From Candidatus Daviesbacteria bacterium (GTDB lineage: Bacteria; Patescibacteriota; Microgenomatia; Daviesbacterales; UBA10151): a DNA stretch of 64,000 nucleotides. Location: assembly GCA_016176415.1 (NCBI GenBank), contig JACOXH010000010.1, positions 4,247 through 68,246 on the forward strand. Reading direction: 5' to 3'. A program made the translations under genes and the position numbers. Below are positions 47,594 to 55,425 of the stretch, one piece after another (positions within the stretch are counted from its first letter, which is position 1; every line of letters begins with the position of its first letter). Under the pieces are notes generated by a model. The model was not told the origin of the DNA. It was given only the letters and a program-made list of their open reading frames with translations, and did no database searches.

Positions 47594-49867
47594 TTATTGT
47601 TGTAATACTATTGTAATATATTCGTAATGCTTGGTGAACCTGGTTCCGCCGGCAAAAGGATTATCTCCCCATTTAACTCCGCACATTCCTTTTGCATCGT
47701 TAGCAACGTGCATGTTTTGCTCTGAAGTCTGATTGTTTACATAGTAGGCTACGCTGTCAGCAAATTCCTCGTCTGCCCGATTACCGTCATTATCACCGCT
47801 GCCGCAAATTTTATCCGTTGCTCTGGCTGCGTGTTCGGAGTAATAAGTCAGAAAGCCATTATTGTTTTTTGTATCCTGTGCGGCATCCGCTGCTCTGGTT
47901 GCTATAATGCTGCTGTTGTATATCCATCCGGTGGTATTAATTTTGTGAGCCAATTCATGGATAACCAAATATTTGAAGAATGTTTCACCCGTGCCAGTGC
48001 TTAAAGGAATGTCACAGTTGTCAGCATGTGAAATACCAGCAGTAGGTTCAAGCGTAATATTAGAACAGGCTGTATGGATTTTCTCCTGAAATTTGGGAAA
48101 CATCCCTACAGCTTTATTTAAGATTTCAAAAGCCCATTTATACTCATCGTTGGCAAAACCGTTCTTCATTTCAATTCCAAAGCCTGCCATGGCTGTTTGA
48201 TAATTCCCATCAGCAGGAGGAGGTAAGGGACCGGAGGATGCTGTAGCTTGGCAATTTTGGATACTGGTTTGGACATCAGTTGCGTAATTATGCGGACCAG
48301 TGTTGACATCAGGATATAACACATCCCCATAGTAAGTGTTAACTAAGGCAGTAATAGCTTTTGGGTCATTGGTCCAGCTAGGGTCCCATTTGGTTCCATC
48401 ACCATAACCTATATTACTCATTTTCTTTAGAATCCAGCCGGCTCCTATGATGATGTTTGTCCGAGGATCGCAATAGTCTGCTCTTGTTAAAGTAGACACT
48501 GTTTTACCAACCAGTTTAGCTCCCGCGTCTATACAATCATCACAGCTGGCAGGATCCCCTCTTGCAGATGTAGTGCCGGGTGGTTGTATTTGCATAATGC
48601 CCAGTGCGCCTGTGGGGCTTTCAGCGCAGTTGTTTGCATAATTTGCAATCTGGCTGTCTGACATGCCAGACGAAGAAGGTGATTCTACCCTGATAAAAGC
48701 AGCAAATACTGCAGGTGGAATGCTTGATTTTAAAGATGCTTCCTGAATATAGGATAGCAGGGTGCTGCTTTGAAATTTAGCTGCTGAAGGATTCTCCTGA
48801 CCCCTCGTAAACTCGCATTTGCTGATATCAGATGAAAGCGTTGGTGTGCCTGTTGCTGGTGTAGTTGAGCTGGAACTTGGGATTGTCATCATCCCTACTA
48901 ACATCATCGGGACTAATAATCCCAGCAAAGCCAATTTCCATTTGCTCTTGGCTTTCCCAATAAAAGATCCTGCTCTGCCTCCTGTTGCCCTTGCTTTGCC
49001 AAAAAAACCACCCCCGCCTCTGCCAAACCGGCCAAGCCTGTTAAAAATGCTTCCGCTGCCTGCACCCCCACCGCCAAGACCAAAATTGTTAATACCGGAG
49101 ATAATTTTATTTAGTCCCTTATTTGCTCCAATGCCTAACTTTGACCCGATATTTGATCCAAGATTTGAAAATTCTGAGGGAACTTTTATGTTGCGCGCAC
49201 CCCCTATTGAACTGCTTTTAATCGCTTCTCCTCTGGTGTTGACTAATTTTGAAAAATCTCCCGGTTCTCTGACTACCCCGCTGCTGTTGGCAGTTACTAA
49301 CTTTGAAGGATTGCCTGCTTCCTGTATTTGTCCGGTTGAAGTGGTTTTAACAAGCTTGGATGGGTCTCCTGCTTCAGTTACATGTCCACTGCTGTTGGCT
49401 ATAGTTATATCAGGTTTTTCTGCATGGGGGACATTGTGGATAGTCCGGGGGAAAGAAAAACCGGGGGCGCTTCCCCCCGGCATGTTAAAAGGCAAACCTC
49501 CTCCACCAGCTCTGTTTGTTGCAGAAGGCTCTGTTGCTGGTTGGCCAGTTTGTTCTGTTACAGTATAACCTTCTTCTGCAGTAGTTTCCGGCGCGATTTG
49601 CTCAAGTAGCTGAGGATTCCTTCTGTTAAAGTCTTTAGTAAAATATTCTGCAAATTTCTCATTAGTGTCATAAAGAGTGTGATATTGCTTAAAAGCATAT
49701 CTGGCCTGGGGAAAAATATCATCTTCATAGCTGAAGCCTTTAAACCTTGCCTCGTTGGCATACAAAGGCGTGTTTTTGGCCACTATAGCTTGAGCTAAAA
49801 ATGTTTTTGGTAAAGTCAGTCTGGTTGCTACTTTGACTCTGGTTTTTTCTTCGAGTGCAACTGCCAT
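47594..49867 (-). CDS. T4SS-associated cell-wall hydrolase: lytic transglycosylase (SLT) domain plus HExxH metalloprotease-like domain
   Basis: Three repeats of about 18 aa (SSGHVTEAGDPSKLV / STGQIQEAGNPSKLV / SSGVVREPGDFSKLV). A Gly-rich tract and one TM follow (WKLALLGLLVPMMLVGMMTIP). The SLT pattern is FIRVES...GALGIMQIQPPGT, and the C-terminal motif is LVIHELAHKI. Confidence 0.7.
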   Translation of the reverse strand: MAVALEEKTRVKVATRLTLPKTFLAQAIVAKNTPLYANEARFKGFSYEDDIFPQARYAFKQYHTLYDTNEKFAEYFTKDFNRRNPQLLEQIAPETTAEEGYTVTEQTGQPATEPSATNRAGGGGLPFNMPGGSAPGFSFPRTIHNVPHAEKPDITIANSSGHVTEAGDPSKLVKTTSTGQIQEAGNPSKLVTANSSGVVREPGDFSKLVNTRGEAIKSSSIGGARNIKVPSEFSNLGSNIGSKLGIGANKGLNKIISGINNFGLGGGGAGSGSIFNRLGRFGRGGGGFFGKARATGGRAGSFIGKAKSKWKLALLGLLVPMMLVGMMTIPSSSSTTPATGTPTLSSDISKCEFTRGQENPSAAKFQSSTLLSYIQEASLKSSIPPAVFAAFIRVESPSSSGMSDSQIANYANNCAESPTGALGIMQIQPPGTTSARGDPASCDDCIDAGAKLVGKTVSTLTRADYCDPRTNIIIGAGWILKKMSNIGYGDGTKWDPSWTNDPKAITALVNTYYGDVLYPDVNTGPHNYATDVQTSIQNCQATASSGPLPPPADGNYQTAMAGFGIEMKNGFANDEYKWAFEILNKAVGMFPKFQEKIHTACSNITLEPTAGISHADNCDIPLSTGTGETFFKYLVIHELAHKINTTGWIYNSSIIATRAADAAQDTKNNNGFLTYYSEHAARATDKICGSGDNDGNRADEEFADSVAYYVNNQTSEQNMHVANDAKGMCGVKWGDNPFAGGTRFTKHYEYITIVLQQ

Positions 49868-49879
49868 AGATTTAGCCTA

Positions 49880-51643
49880 TCATGATCCTTTTTCTCTTGC
49901 CAGTATTTCTGCCGGGTTTGAAGTAATCAGCTGGTGTTCTTTCCCTGAAGCTACCACCCTCATAGCCACATGGGTTGAACCTGCAAAAAAGATTCCTTCC
50001 CCCATCCCTTCTGACATCAGCAGCCTTTGTTCCCCTTCTGATAAATTAAAAACCCGGGAAAGCAAATCTATTGAAGCAGGAGCTTGTTTTAAAAGTATCT
50101 GAATAGAAGAGTTGGAAATAATTTCTTTGCCCCGCTCGCTGCCCAAAAAGTCTTCCACATCCTGAGTAATGGTGGTTAGCCCCAGATAGTATTTTCTGGC
50201 TCTCTTGGCAATATCAACCAAAAAATCAGCAGAATCCTGGCTTCTCATTAAATACCAGGCCTCATCAACAATTAAAAGTCTTTTTTTCAGCTTGCCTCTG
50301 ATTTTGGTCCAGACATAATCCAAAATCATATGTATTGCCAAAGGACGCAGCTGGTCAGGTAAATCCCGTACAGAAAAGACTGTAAAAGAATTAGATAAAT
50401 CTATATTGGATTGGGAAGAAAAAATACCGGTTAAGGATCCTTTGATAAATCTTTCCAGTCTTGCTGCCAGCTCCATAGCAGGGGCATCCTCCATGCCGAT
50501 TAAAACTTTGTATAAATCTTCCATCAAAGGGGGTTGTTTGTTTTGAGTATTGGGATCATCTGTAATACCTTTAAGCTGGTAAGTTTGTTTTAAGGCTCTG
50601 TCTAAAACAGCAGATTCCTGCGCGTTTAAAGCGCCCAATACTATCCTCAAAAATGAAGTTAAAGACAAAATCTTCCTGCCCAGCTCGTTTTCTCCCGGAA
50701 TTACTTCCCCTGACATATCAAAAGGGTTAATTTTCACCGGCGAAGAAGAGGAAAAATTAATATATTCCCCGCCCACTGCCTGACACAAAGGTAAGTATTC
50801 CTGTTCAGGATCAATGACAATAATTTCTGTACCAAACATTAATGACCTTAGGGCCTCCAGTTTAACCAGATAGCTTTTACCTGCGCCTGATTTGGCAAAA
50901 ATTACAGAGTTGGCATTCTCCATGGAGAATCTGTCAAACAGTATCAAAGAATCATTATGCTCGTTAATCCCGTACATAATGCCTTCATTGGCAGTGAGCT
51001 CTGAAGAGGCAAAAGGAAAAGTGGTAGCTAAAGAAGTGGTATCCATGTTGTGGGTTAAATTCAGGAAGTCCTGCCCTTGTGGCAGGGTAGATTTAAAACC
51101 ATCTTCCATCTGCAGGGTGGTTTGTTTGGCGGTAATAGATAAGGAAGCAAGGGTAGATTCTACCAGCTTTGAGGTGTTGTGTAATTCTTCCGGTGAATCA
51201 GCAGGCACTGTAATGTAAAGAGCAAACTGGAAAAAGCGCTCGACACCTCTGACCAGCTGATCCTGTAAAGCCTGGGCATCCTCTAAAGCTACTGCCACTG
51301 CCGGGTCTACGGGTCTGCCCCGCTCAACGTCTGTCTGAATGGTAGCTTCCATTTCAGCCACTTTCCTTTTTAGCTCGTCTAAAACTCCCTGTGATTGGGA
51401 AGGATAAATAAACATGGAAATTAACAGCGACCGGTCAAAAGAAATTAAAGGCTCCAGCCAATTTGGTTCAACAAAGCGGGGGTAGTTAGAAACAAAATAG
51501 GTCCTGAAAAAGCGTCCGTCAACCCGTAAAAAGTTGAAATCTATCTCCAGCTCTGCCGGAGCCAAAACATCCTCAAGGGTGAGTTGAGGAAGAGTAGGTT
51601 CATTTTGTGTTTTAGTTTTTTTAAATGGGTTAGGTAATTTCAT
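49880..51643 (-). CDS. VirB4/TraE-like T4SS ATPase (C-terminal two-thirds)
   Basis: Walker A FAKSGAGKSYLV and Walker B RLLIVDEAWYLM. The Gram-positive VirB4-type N-region is LRVDGRFFRTYFVSNYPRFVEPNWLEPL. Its start forms an ATGA overlap with the upstream ORF. Confidence 0.85.
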   Translation of the reverse strand: MKLPNPFKKTKTQNEPTLPQLTLEDVLAPAELEIDFNFLRVDGRFFRTYFVSNYPRFVEPNWLEPLISFDRSLLISMFIYPSQSQGVLDELKRKVAEMEATIQTDVERGRPVDPAVAVALEDAQALQDQLVRGVERFFQFALYITVPADSPEELHNTSKLVESTLASLSITAKQTTLQMEDGFKSTLPQGQDFLNLTHNMDTTSLATTFPFASSELTANEGIMYGINEHNDSLILFDRFSMENANSVIFAKSGAGKSYLVKLEALRSLMFGTEIIVIDPEQEYLPLCQAVGGEYINFSSSSPVKINPFDMSGEVIPGENELGRKILSLTSFLRIVLGALNAQESAVLDRALKQTYQLKGITDDPNTQNKQPPLMEDLYKVLIGMEDAPAMELAARLERFIKGSLTGIFSSQSNIDLSNSFTVFSVRDLPDQLRPLAIHMILDYVWTKIRGKLKKRLLIVDEAWYLMRSQDSADFLVDIAKRARKYYLGLTTITQDVEDFLGSERGKEIISNSSIQILLKQAPASIDLLSRVFNLSEGEQRLLMSEGMGEGIFFAGSTHVAMRVVASGKEHQLITSNPAEILAREKGS

Positions 51644-52416
51644 TCTGTCAGTTCCTCTACTACAAACGGGTGGGACCTAGATCGGAATGACTCGGAATTA
51701 CTCAGAGTATCAGATGGCCGGATTTCCGGATTCTCTGGTGTTTTAATAGTCTGATCCTCTGGTCTTCTGAGTTCTTCTGAGTTTTCTGGATTGTTTTTTT
51801 GAACTGGCTGTTTTAATCTGACTAGCAAACCTTTGGGATCAACTGTCTGGCTTATTGGTTTTTGGGAAAATTCACCGTTATAGATGTTATAAAAAGTCTC
51901 TATGAGGTCCTTTTTAACCAGCTGATTTGCTTTAAGTCCCACTCTGGCCAGTTGCCTGATTATTTGGTCTCTTCTGGGAAAGAGCACGGTTTTGACTTTT
52001 TGGCGTAGATTTTCTTTTGAGGCAGTCAACCCTAATTCTATGGCAAAAAGCGGGATAACAATATAGAAATTTTTGTCCAGCACCTCATTTTCTTTAATAG
52101 TGCTTTGTATAAACTGCTTGTATTCACTGATCATATTAGATAAAAGAGGATTAGTTTGGGCTTTTTGGGCTTTCTCCAAAAGAGTTAAATAGGAGTTTAT
52201 ATTAAGTCTTTGCGAGCGGATGACAATTTGCAGGCTAAATGATAGAGAGTTTAACATTTGAGCAAAGGAAGAAATAATGGCTACCTGTTCGCGGTCAGAC
52301 AATAGCCCAAAATTGACAGCATCTACCTCCAGCACTAAAGCTCCTCCCCCGTCTTTAAGCAACAGGATGTCATTATCTATATCTGCAATAGCCAAATGTT
52401 TTTGTGTTGTATACAT
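51640..52416 (-). CDS. Probable detached N-terminal domain of VirB4
   Basis: IADIDNDILLLKDGGGALVLEVDAVNFGLLSDREQVAIISSFAQMLNSLSFSLQIVI follows the pattern I remember for the extreme N-terminus of Gram-positive VirB4 homologues. It ends in a low-complexity module and is translationally coupled to the ATPase ORF. Confidence 0.5.
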   Translation of the reverse strand: MYTTQKHLAIADIDNDILLLKDGGGALVLEVDAVNFGLLSDREQVAIISSFAQMLNSLSFSLQIVIRSQRLNINSYLTLLEKAQKAQTNPLLSNMISEYKQFIQSTIKENEVLDKNFYIVIPLFAIELGLTASKENLRQKVKTVLFPRRDQIIRQLARVGLKANQLVKKDLIETFYNIYNGEFSQKPISQTVDPKGLLVRLKQPVQKNNPENSEELRRPEDQTIKTPENPEIRPSDTLSNSESFRSRSHPFVVEELTE

Positions 52417-52424
52417 GGTTAGTT

Positions 52425-52500
52425 AGAGTCTAGCGACTAGAATCAAGAGTCTAGGAAAGCAAAGACTTGACTCTTGATTCTAGCGACTAGTCACTATTAT
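52425..52500. repeat. Family-B hairpin element (second copy)
   Basis: CTAGAATCAAGAGTC-taggaaagcaaagactt-GACTCTTGATTCTAG forms a 15-bp perfect stem. It is flanked by CTAGCGACTAG on both sides. The 3' 34 bp are identical to 24044-24077. Confidence 0.8.
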
Positions 52501-53621
52501 TTCGCTGTAATCAGCAGCGGCTGCATTACTGCGCCTGTCAGTTCCATTTGTAAAACATCAAAGGTAAAAGCGTCTTTTTCCAGTTCCAAATTATATGTGC
52601 CGTTAGGCAGTGGGGTTGAACCTGTGAATTGACCCAATTTATTGGTTTTTAAAGCTCTGACCGGCAGTCCTTCTTTGTCGTAAATTACAGCCACCACCCC
52701 TTCTAAAGAATTACCTGTTTTATCTTTGATGATACCGTTGATGACATTGGGGAATGTGGTTAAAGCAACAGTAGTTTGTTTAGTTTTGGCTGGCGCTACC
52801 ACGGTTACTTTTTGTTTAACTGCGGGGGGAGGGGGAACATTTACAGCTTCAGGTTGTTGTACTGATTGTATTTGGGTTTTTACTTTTGAAGCCTGATCCA
52901 TCAGGGTTTTTAAATCTTCCAGTATTTTGTTGACCTGCTGGCTGTAGTCCACTGGTACAGGCATGGGTTTTTGGGCCTCGCTTTTGATTTGAGCCAAAGT
53001 TCTTTCGGTCTGAATAATTTTCATCTGTAATTGTTGCGCTTCGCGGGCCAAATCAACAGTTTTACCTAACTCTTCTTTGGTAGGTAAAGGAGCAGGTGCA
53101 GGAGCTCGGAATGACTCTGAACGACTCAGAGAATCGGAAACATCGGAAGATCGGAGAGTTGGAGTTCCAGTAATACCGGTATTCTGATTATCTGATATTC
53201 CGGCATTCTGAGTATTTCTGAGTATTTCTGAATTGTTTTTCTGGACTGTTCCTGACATGTACATTACTAACCTGCTGGCAAACAAAGGGTTTTCTTTATA
53301 AGTTTTCCCGTTTTTGCCCCAGATTCTTTTAGTGGGAGAGTAGACAGCTTTAAAAAAAGCTTTGGTCCAGTGGTCCAAAGGTCTGGATTGTATGGGTAAA
53401 AAAGCAAAACTGATGCCCAGCAGGGCAGAAAGCGCAGCTAAAGGATAAGCAAAAAGAGGAAAATCTTTGGCAAAAAAGATAAAAAGAACATAAGCTATGG
53501 CACAGCCTATTGCCAGATAGCCAAATTGCTTTAAGGTCATGTCCCCAACCAACTTGAATTGGAAAGAGGTTACATTTTGTGGTATCGGGTGGGCATCCAT
53601 ATCGGTATTATCTATATACAT
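52497..53621 (-). CDS. PrgI/VirB3-like membrane protein fused to a CarboxypepD_reg-like beta-sandwich domain
   Basis: The N-terminus IPQNVTSFQFKLVGDMTLKQFGYLAIGCAIAYVLF plus a second TM gives a PrgI-family layout. The C-terminus is INGIIKDKTGNSLEGVVAVIYDKEGLPVRALKTNKLGQFTGSTPLPNGTYNLEL. The start is ATG 53621 or 53600. The track's extra N-terminus reads through a repeat. Confidence 0.6.
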   Translation of the reverse strand: MYIDNTDMDAHPIPQNVTSFQFKLVGDMTLKQFGYLAIGCAIAYVLFIFFAKDFPLFAYPLAALSALLGISFAFLPIQSRPLDHWTKAFFKAVYSPTKRIWGKNGKTYKENPLFASRLVMYMSGTVQKNNSEILRNTQNAGISDNQNTGITGTPTLRSSDVSDSLSRSESFRAPAPAPLPTKEELGKTVDLAREAQQLQMKIIQTERTLAQIKSEAQKPMPVPVDYSQQVNKILEDLKTLMDQASKVKTQIQSVQQPEAVNVPPPPAVKQKVTVVAPAKTKQTTVALTTFPNVINGIIKDKTGNSLEGVVAVIYDKEGLPVRALKTNKLGQFTGSTPLPNGTYNLELEKDAFTFDVLQMELTGAVMQPLLITAK

Positions 53622-53674
53622 CGTGAAAAAAGTATTGGCAAGCGACACAAAAGAGATCAATTTAATTCTATTCC

Positions 53675-53718
53675 TGTCATTCTGAGGCAAAGCCGAAGAA
53701 TCTCTTGCGGATGCAAGC
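53675..53718 (+). repeat. Left-half family-A element
   Basis: TGTCATTCTGAGGCAAAGCCGAAGAATCTC followed by the mini-hairpin TTGCggatGCAA. Confidence 0.6.
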
Positions 53719-53727
53719 TAATTAAAA

Positions 53728-53755
53728 TTGATAATTGATAATTGAAAATTATGAT
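53728..53755 (+). promoter_or_regulatory. Candidate sigma70-type promoter for the riboswitch-led operon
   Basis: TTGATA (53728-53733), 16-nt spacer, TATGAT (53750-53755). It is embedded in ATTGATA ATTGATA ATTGAAA heptamer repeats. Confidence 0.4.
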
Positions 53756-53771
53756 GTTATCTTAATTTTGT

Positions 53772-53922
53772 GGTTTCTCACTCTGCCATAGGTGGAGGAA
53801 GAGAATGGGAACTCTGTGTAATTCAGAGACTGTGCCGCAGCCGTATAGCCGGAAGACCGACCACTTCTGCAGAGCAGAACTCTGTAGAAAATTCTACTTT
53901 GTAGAACCCGTTGCAGGAAAAT
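53772..53922 (+). promoter_or_regulatory. Cobalamin-riboswitch-like leader (compact form, no P6 extension) plus expression platform
   Basis: The core reads aauGGGAA-CUCUG-UGUAAUU-CAGAG-ACUGUGCCGCAGCCGUAU-AGCCGGAAGACCGACCAC (53804-53864). This parallels my recollection of the E. coli btuB core GGGAAUCCAGUGCGAAUCUGGAGCUGACGCGCAGCGGUAAGG...AAGCCCGAAGACCUGCC. Downstream there are alternative hairpins (CUGCAGAG/CUCUGUAG; GUAGAA/UUCUAC/GUAGAA). UUCUGC (53865-53870) is complementary to the SD-like GCAGGA (53913-53918). Confidence 0.55.
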
Positions 53923-55425
53923 ATGTTACATCAAGAACGCGATAGCGGTCATTTATCAACTACACTTAAACTTGCCGAAAATAAACCACTACAGCTCCTG
54001 GAAAGCCCCATTTATAACAGCCACCAACTAGTAGAGTTTACGGGTAATTTACAAACCAACGAAGGTTTGCAGAGAGCTGGTTGGGATAGTTTTGCAGAAA
54101 TTAAAAGATTCATTGGTGACATTAATCTTGGTTTAATCAAAGGATTAACTTTGGAGCAGGCAGTGGCTTTTTCTGCCCGAATCCTCATTGATCATATCCG
54201 TTTTCACGATGCAGAATTTACTAGGCAGGAGCCATTTCTGCCCCACCATAATAATTTCGGTCTTTGGAAGAATGACAAAGGGCAGTATCAAAAAAGGTGG
54301 TTGGGTAATAATGGTCGCCCGGTGGTGCATGGAATAGATAGAAGAGAAAGAATGGGTGCCCCCAGGCGGGCAGCTGAAAAAACAGAGGAGGGTTTCCTTG
54401 AGGCAGATAAAGAAGTAAACGAAGCAGAAAATTTTGTTGTTGTGTCAGTGAGCGCTGAAGGTGTCAGCGGCTATCTGGATGGAAATGGAGCTGATATTCC
54501 TCATCTGAAGACTCTGGTTTTTGCCGACTGGAAAGATATAAACGGGAATTTAAAAGGTCTTACTTTTGTCACTGATTTAACTATTGATCAGGCTGAAAGA
54601 ATGATGGTAGGTTTGGGTGCTCCTGTGAATTTTCTTGGTAAGCGAGGAAGTGAAATGGATAGGGTGGTTAATCTGTTAGAAAACCCTGCCACGTTTTCTT
54701 TACCAGCTGAATTTTATGATCCGGTTAACTTTGTTTTTGATAGAATTTTAGCTGAGCGAGGAGAGGGAGATATTCATTTGCGTCAGCAGAATGGTCCGGA
54801 CGAAGTTTGGTCAATTGCTCAGATGAGGCAAAAAATGCACAACCTCCAACATATTTTAGATATGGAGCCCGCTAAAGCAGATCTTCTTGATAAATTGACC
54901 AAGTTTATTGTAGACCATTATCAAAAAATAGGTGATCGTGATTTCCAGCAGGCAATTGTTACGATGGCCGAACAGGTAATTCAGCTTTTTGGTGGCGATT
55001 ATTTAGTTAAAAGAGATCATTTATCGATCAATTACCCGCTTGTTCTTCCTCAGTATACGGAAAGCGCCGGTAAAATTACTGTATTATTGCCTCCGGATTG
55101 TGACTTTAACCCGGTAATATTATTCTTGCAAAGTCGGTCCGGTTGTCCCAGCAGCAGAAACTCCTTAGCAGGCAAATCAGGCATAGCTGGTGTATCCATT
55201 TTTGGTGAGTCAGATTCTAAGGGTTCGTTGTATTTTCCCTGTCCACTCTGCGGAGCCATCAATAAAAGGCCGTGGGAAGGTTTTGTTAATAACTGTCAAA
55301 GTTGTGGGACAGATAAAGTATCCTGCAAGTCTTTGGGAGTAAGTAAAAAAGCAGACAAAGATGAAAATTCTAAGATAATTGCTTTTCCGACTAGCGCTAA
55401 TCAGTCAACTCAAAAGGCAGCTTAA
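53923..55425 (+). CDS. Uncharacterised protein with C-terminal Zn-ribbon (about 500 aa)
   Basis: ATG at 53923, preceded by AGGAAA. There is no signal peptide or TM segment. The C-terminus has CPLCGAINKRPWEGFVNNCQSCG (a CxxC...CxxC ribbon). No other recognisable motif. Confidence 0.6.
   Translation: MLHQERDSGHLSTTLKLAENKPLQLLESPIYNSHQLVEFTGNLQTNEGLQRAGWDSFAEIKRFIGDINLGLIKGLTLEQAVAFSARILIDHIRFHDAEFTRQEPFLPHHNNFGLWKNDKGQYQKRWLGNNGRPVVHGIDRRERMGAPRRAAEKTEEGFLEADKEVNEAENFVVVSVSAEGVSGYLDGNGADIPHLKTLVFADWKDINGNLKGLTFVTDLTIDQAERMMVGLGAPVNFLGKRGSEMDRVVNLLENPATFSLPAEFYDPVNFVFDRILAERGEGDIHLRQQNGPDEVWSIAQMRQKMHNLQHILDMEPAKADLLDKLTKFIVDHYQKIGDRDFQQAIVTMAEQVIQLFGGDYLVKRDHLSINYPLVLPQYTESAGKITVLLPPDCDFNPVILFLQSRSGCPSSRNSLAGKSGIAGVSIFGESDSKGSLYFPCPLCGAINKRPWEGFVNNCQSCGTDKVSCKSLGVSKKADKDENSKIIAFPTSANQSTQKAA

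Noticed and set aside
48819-49568. 249-aa plus-strand ORF (Pro/Leu-rich), with a 75-aa neighbour
   Set aside because: It is antisense to the Gly-rich region of the SLT hydrolase gene. The GGN codons of that gene read as NCC (Pro) on the other strand. It has no start context or motif.
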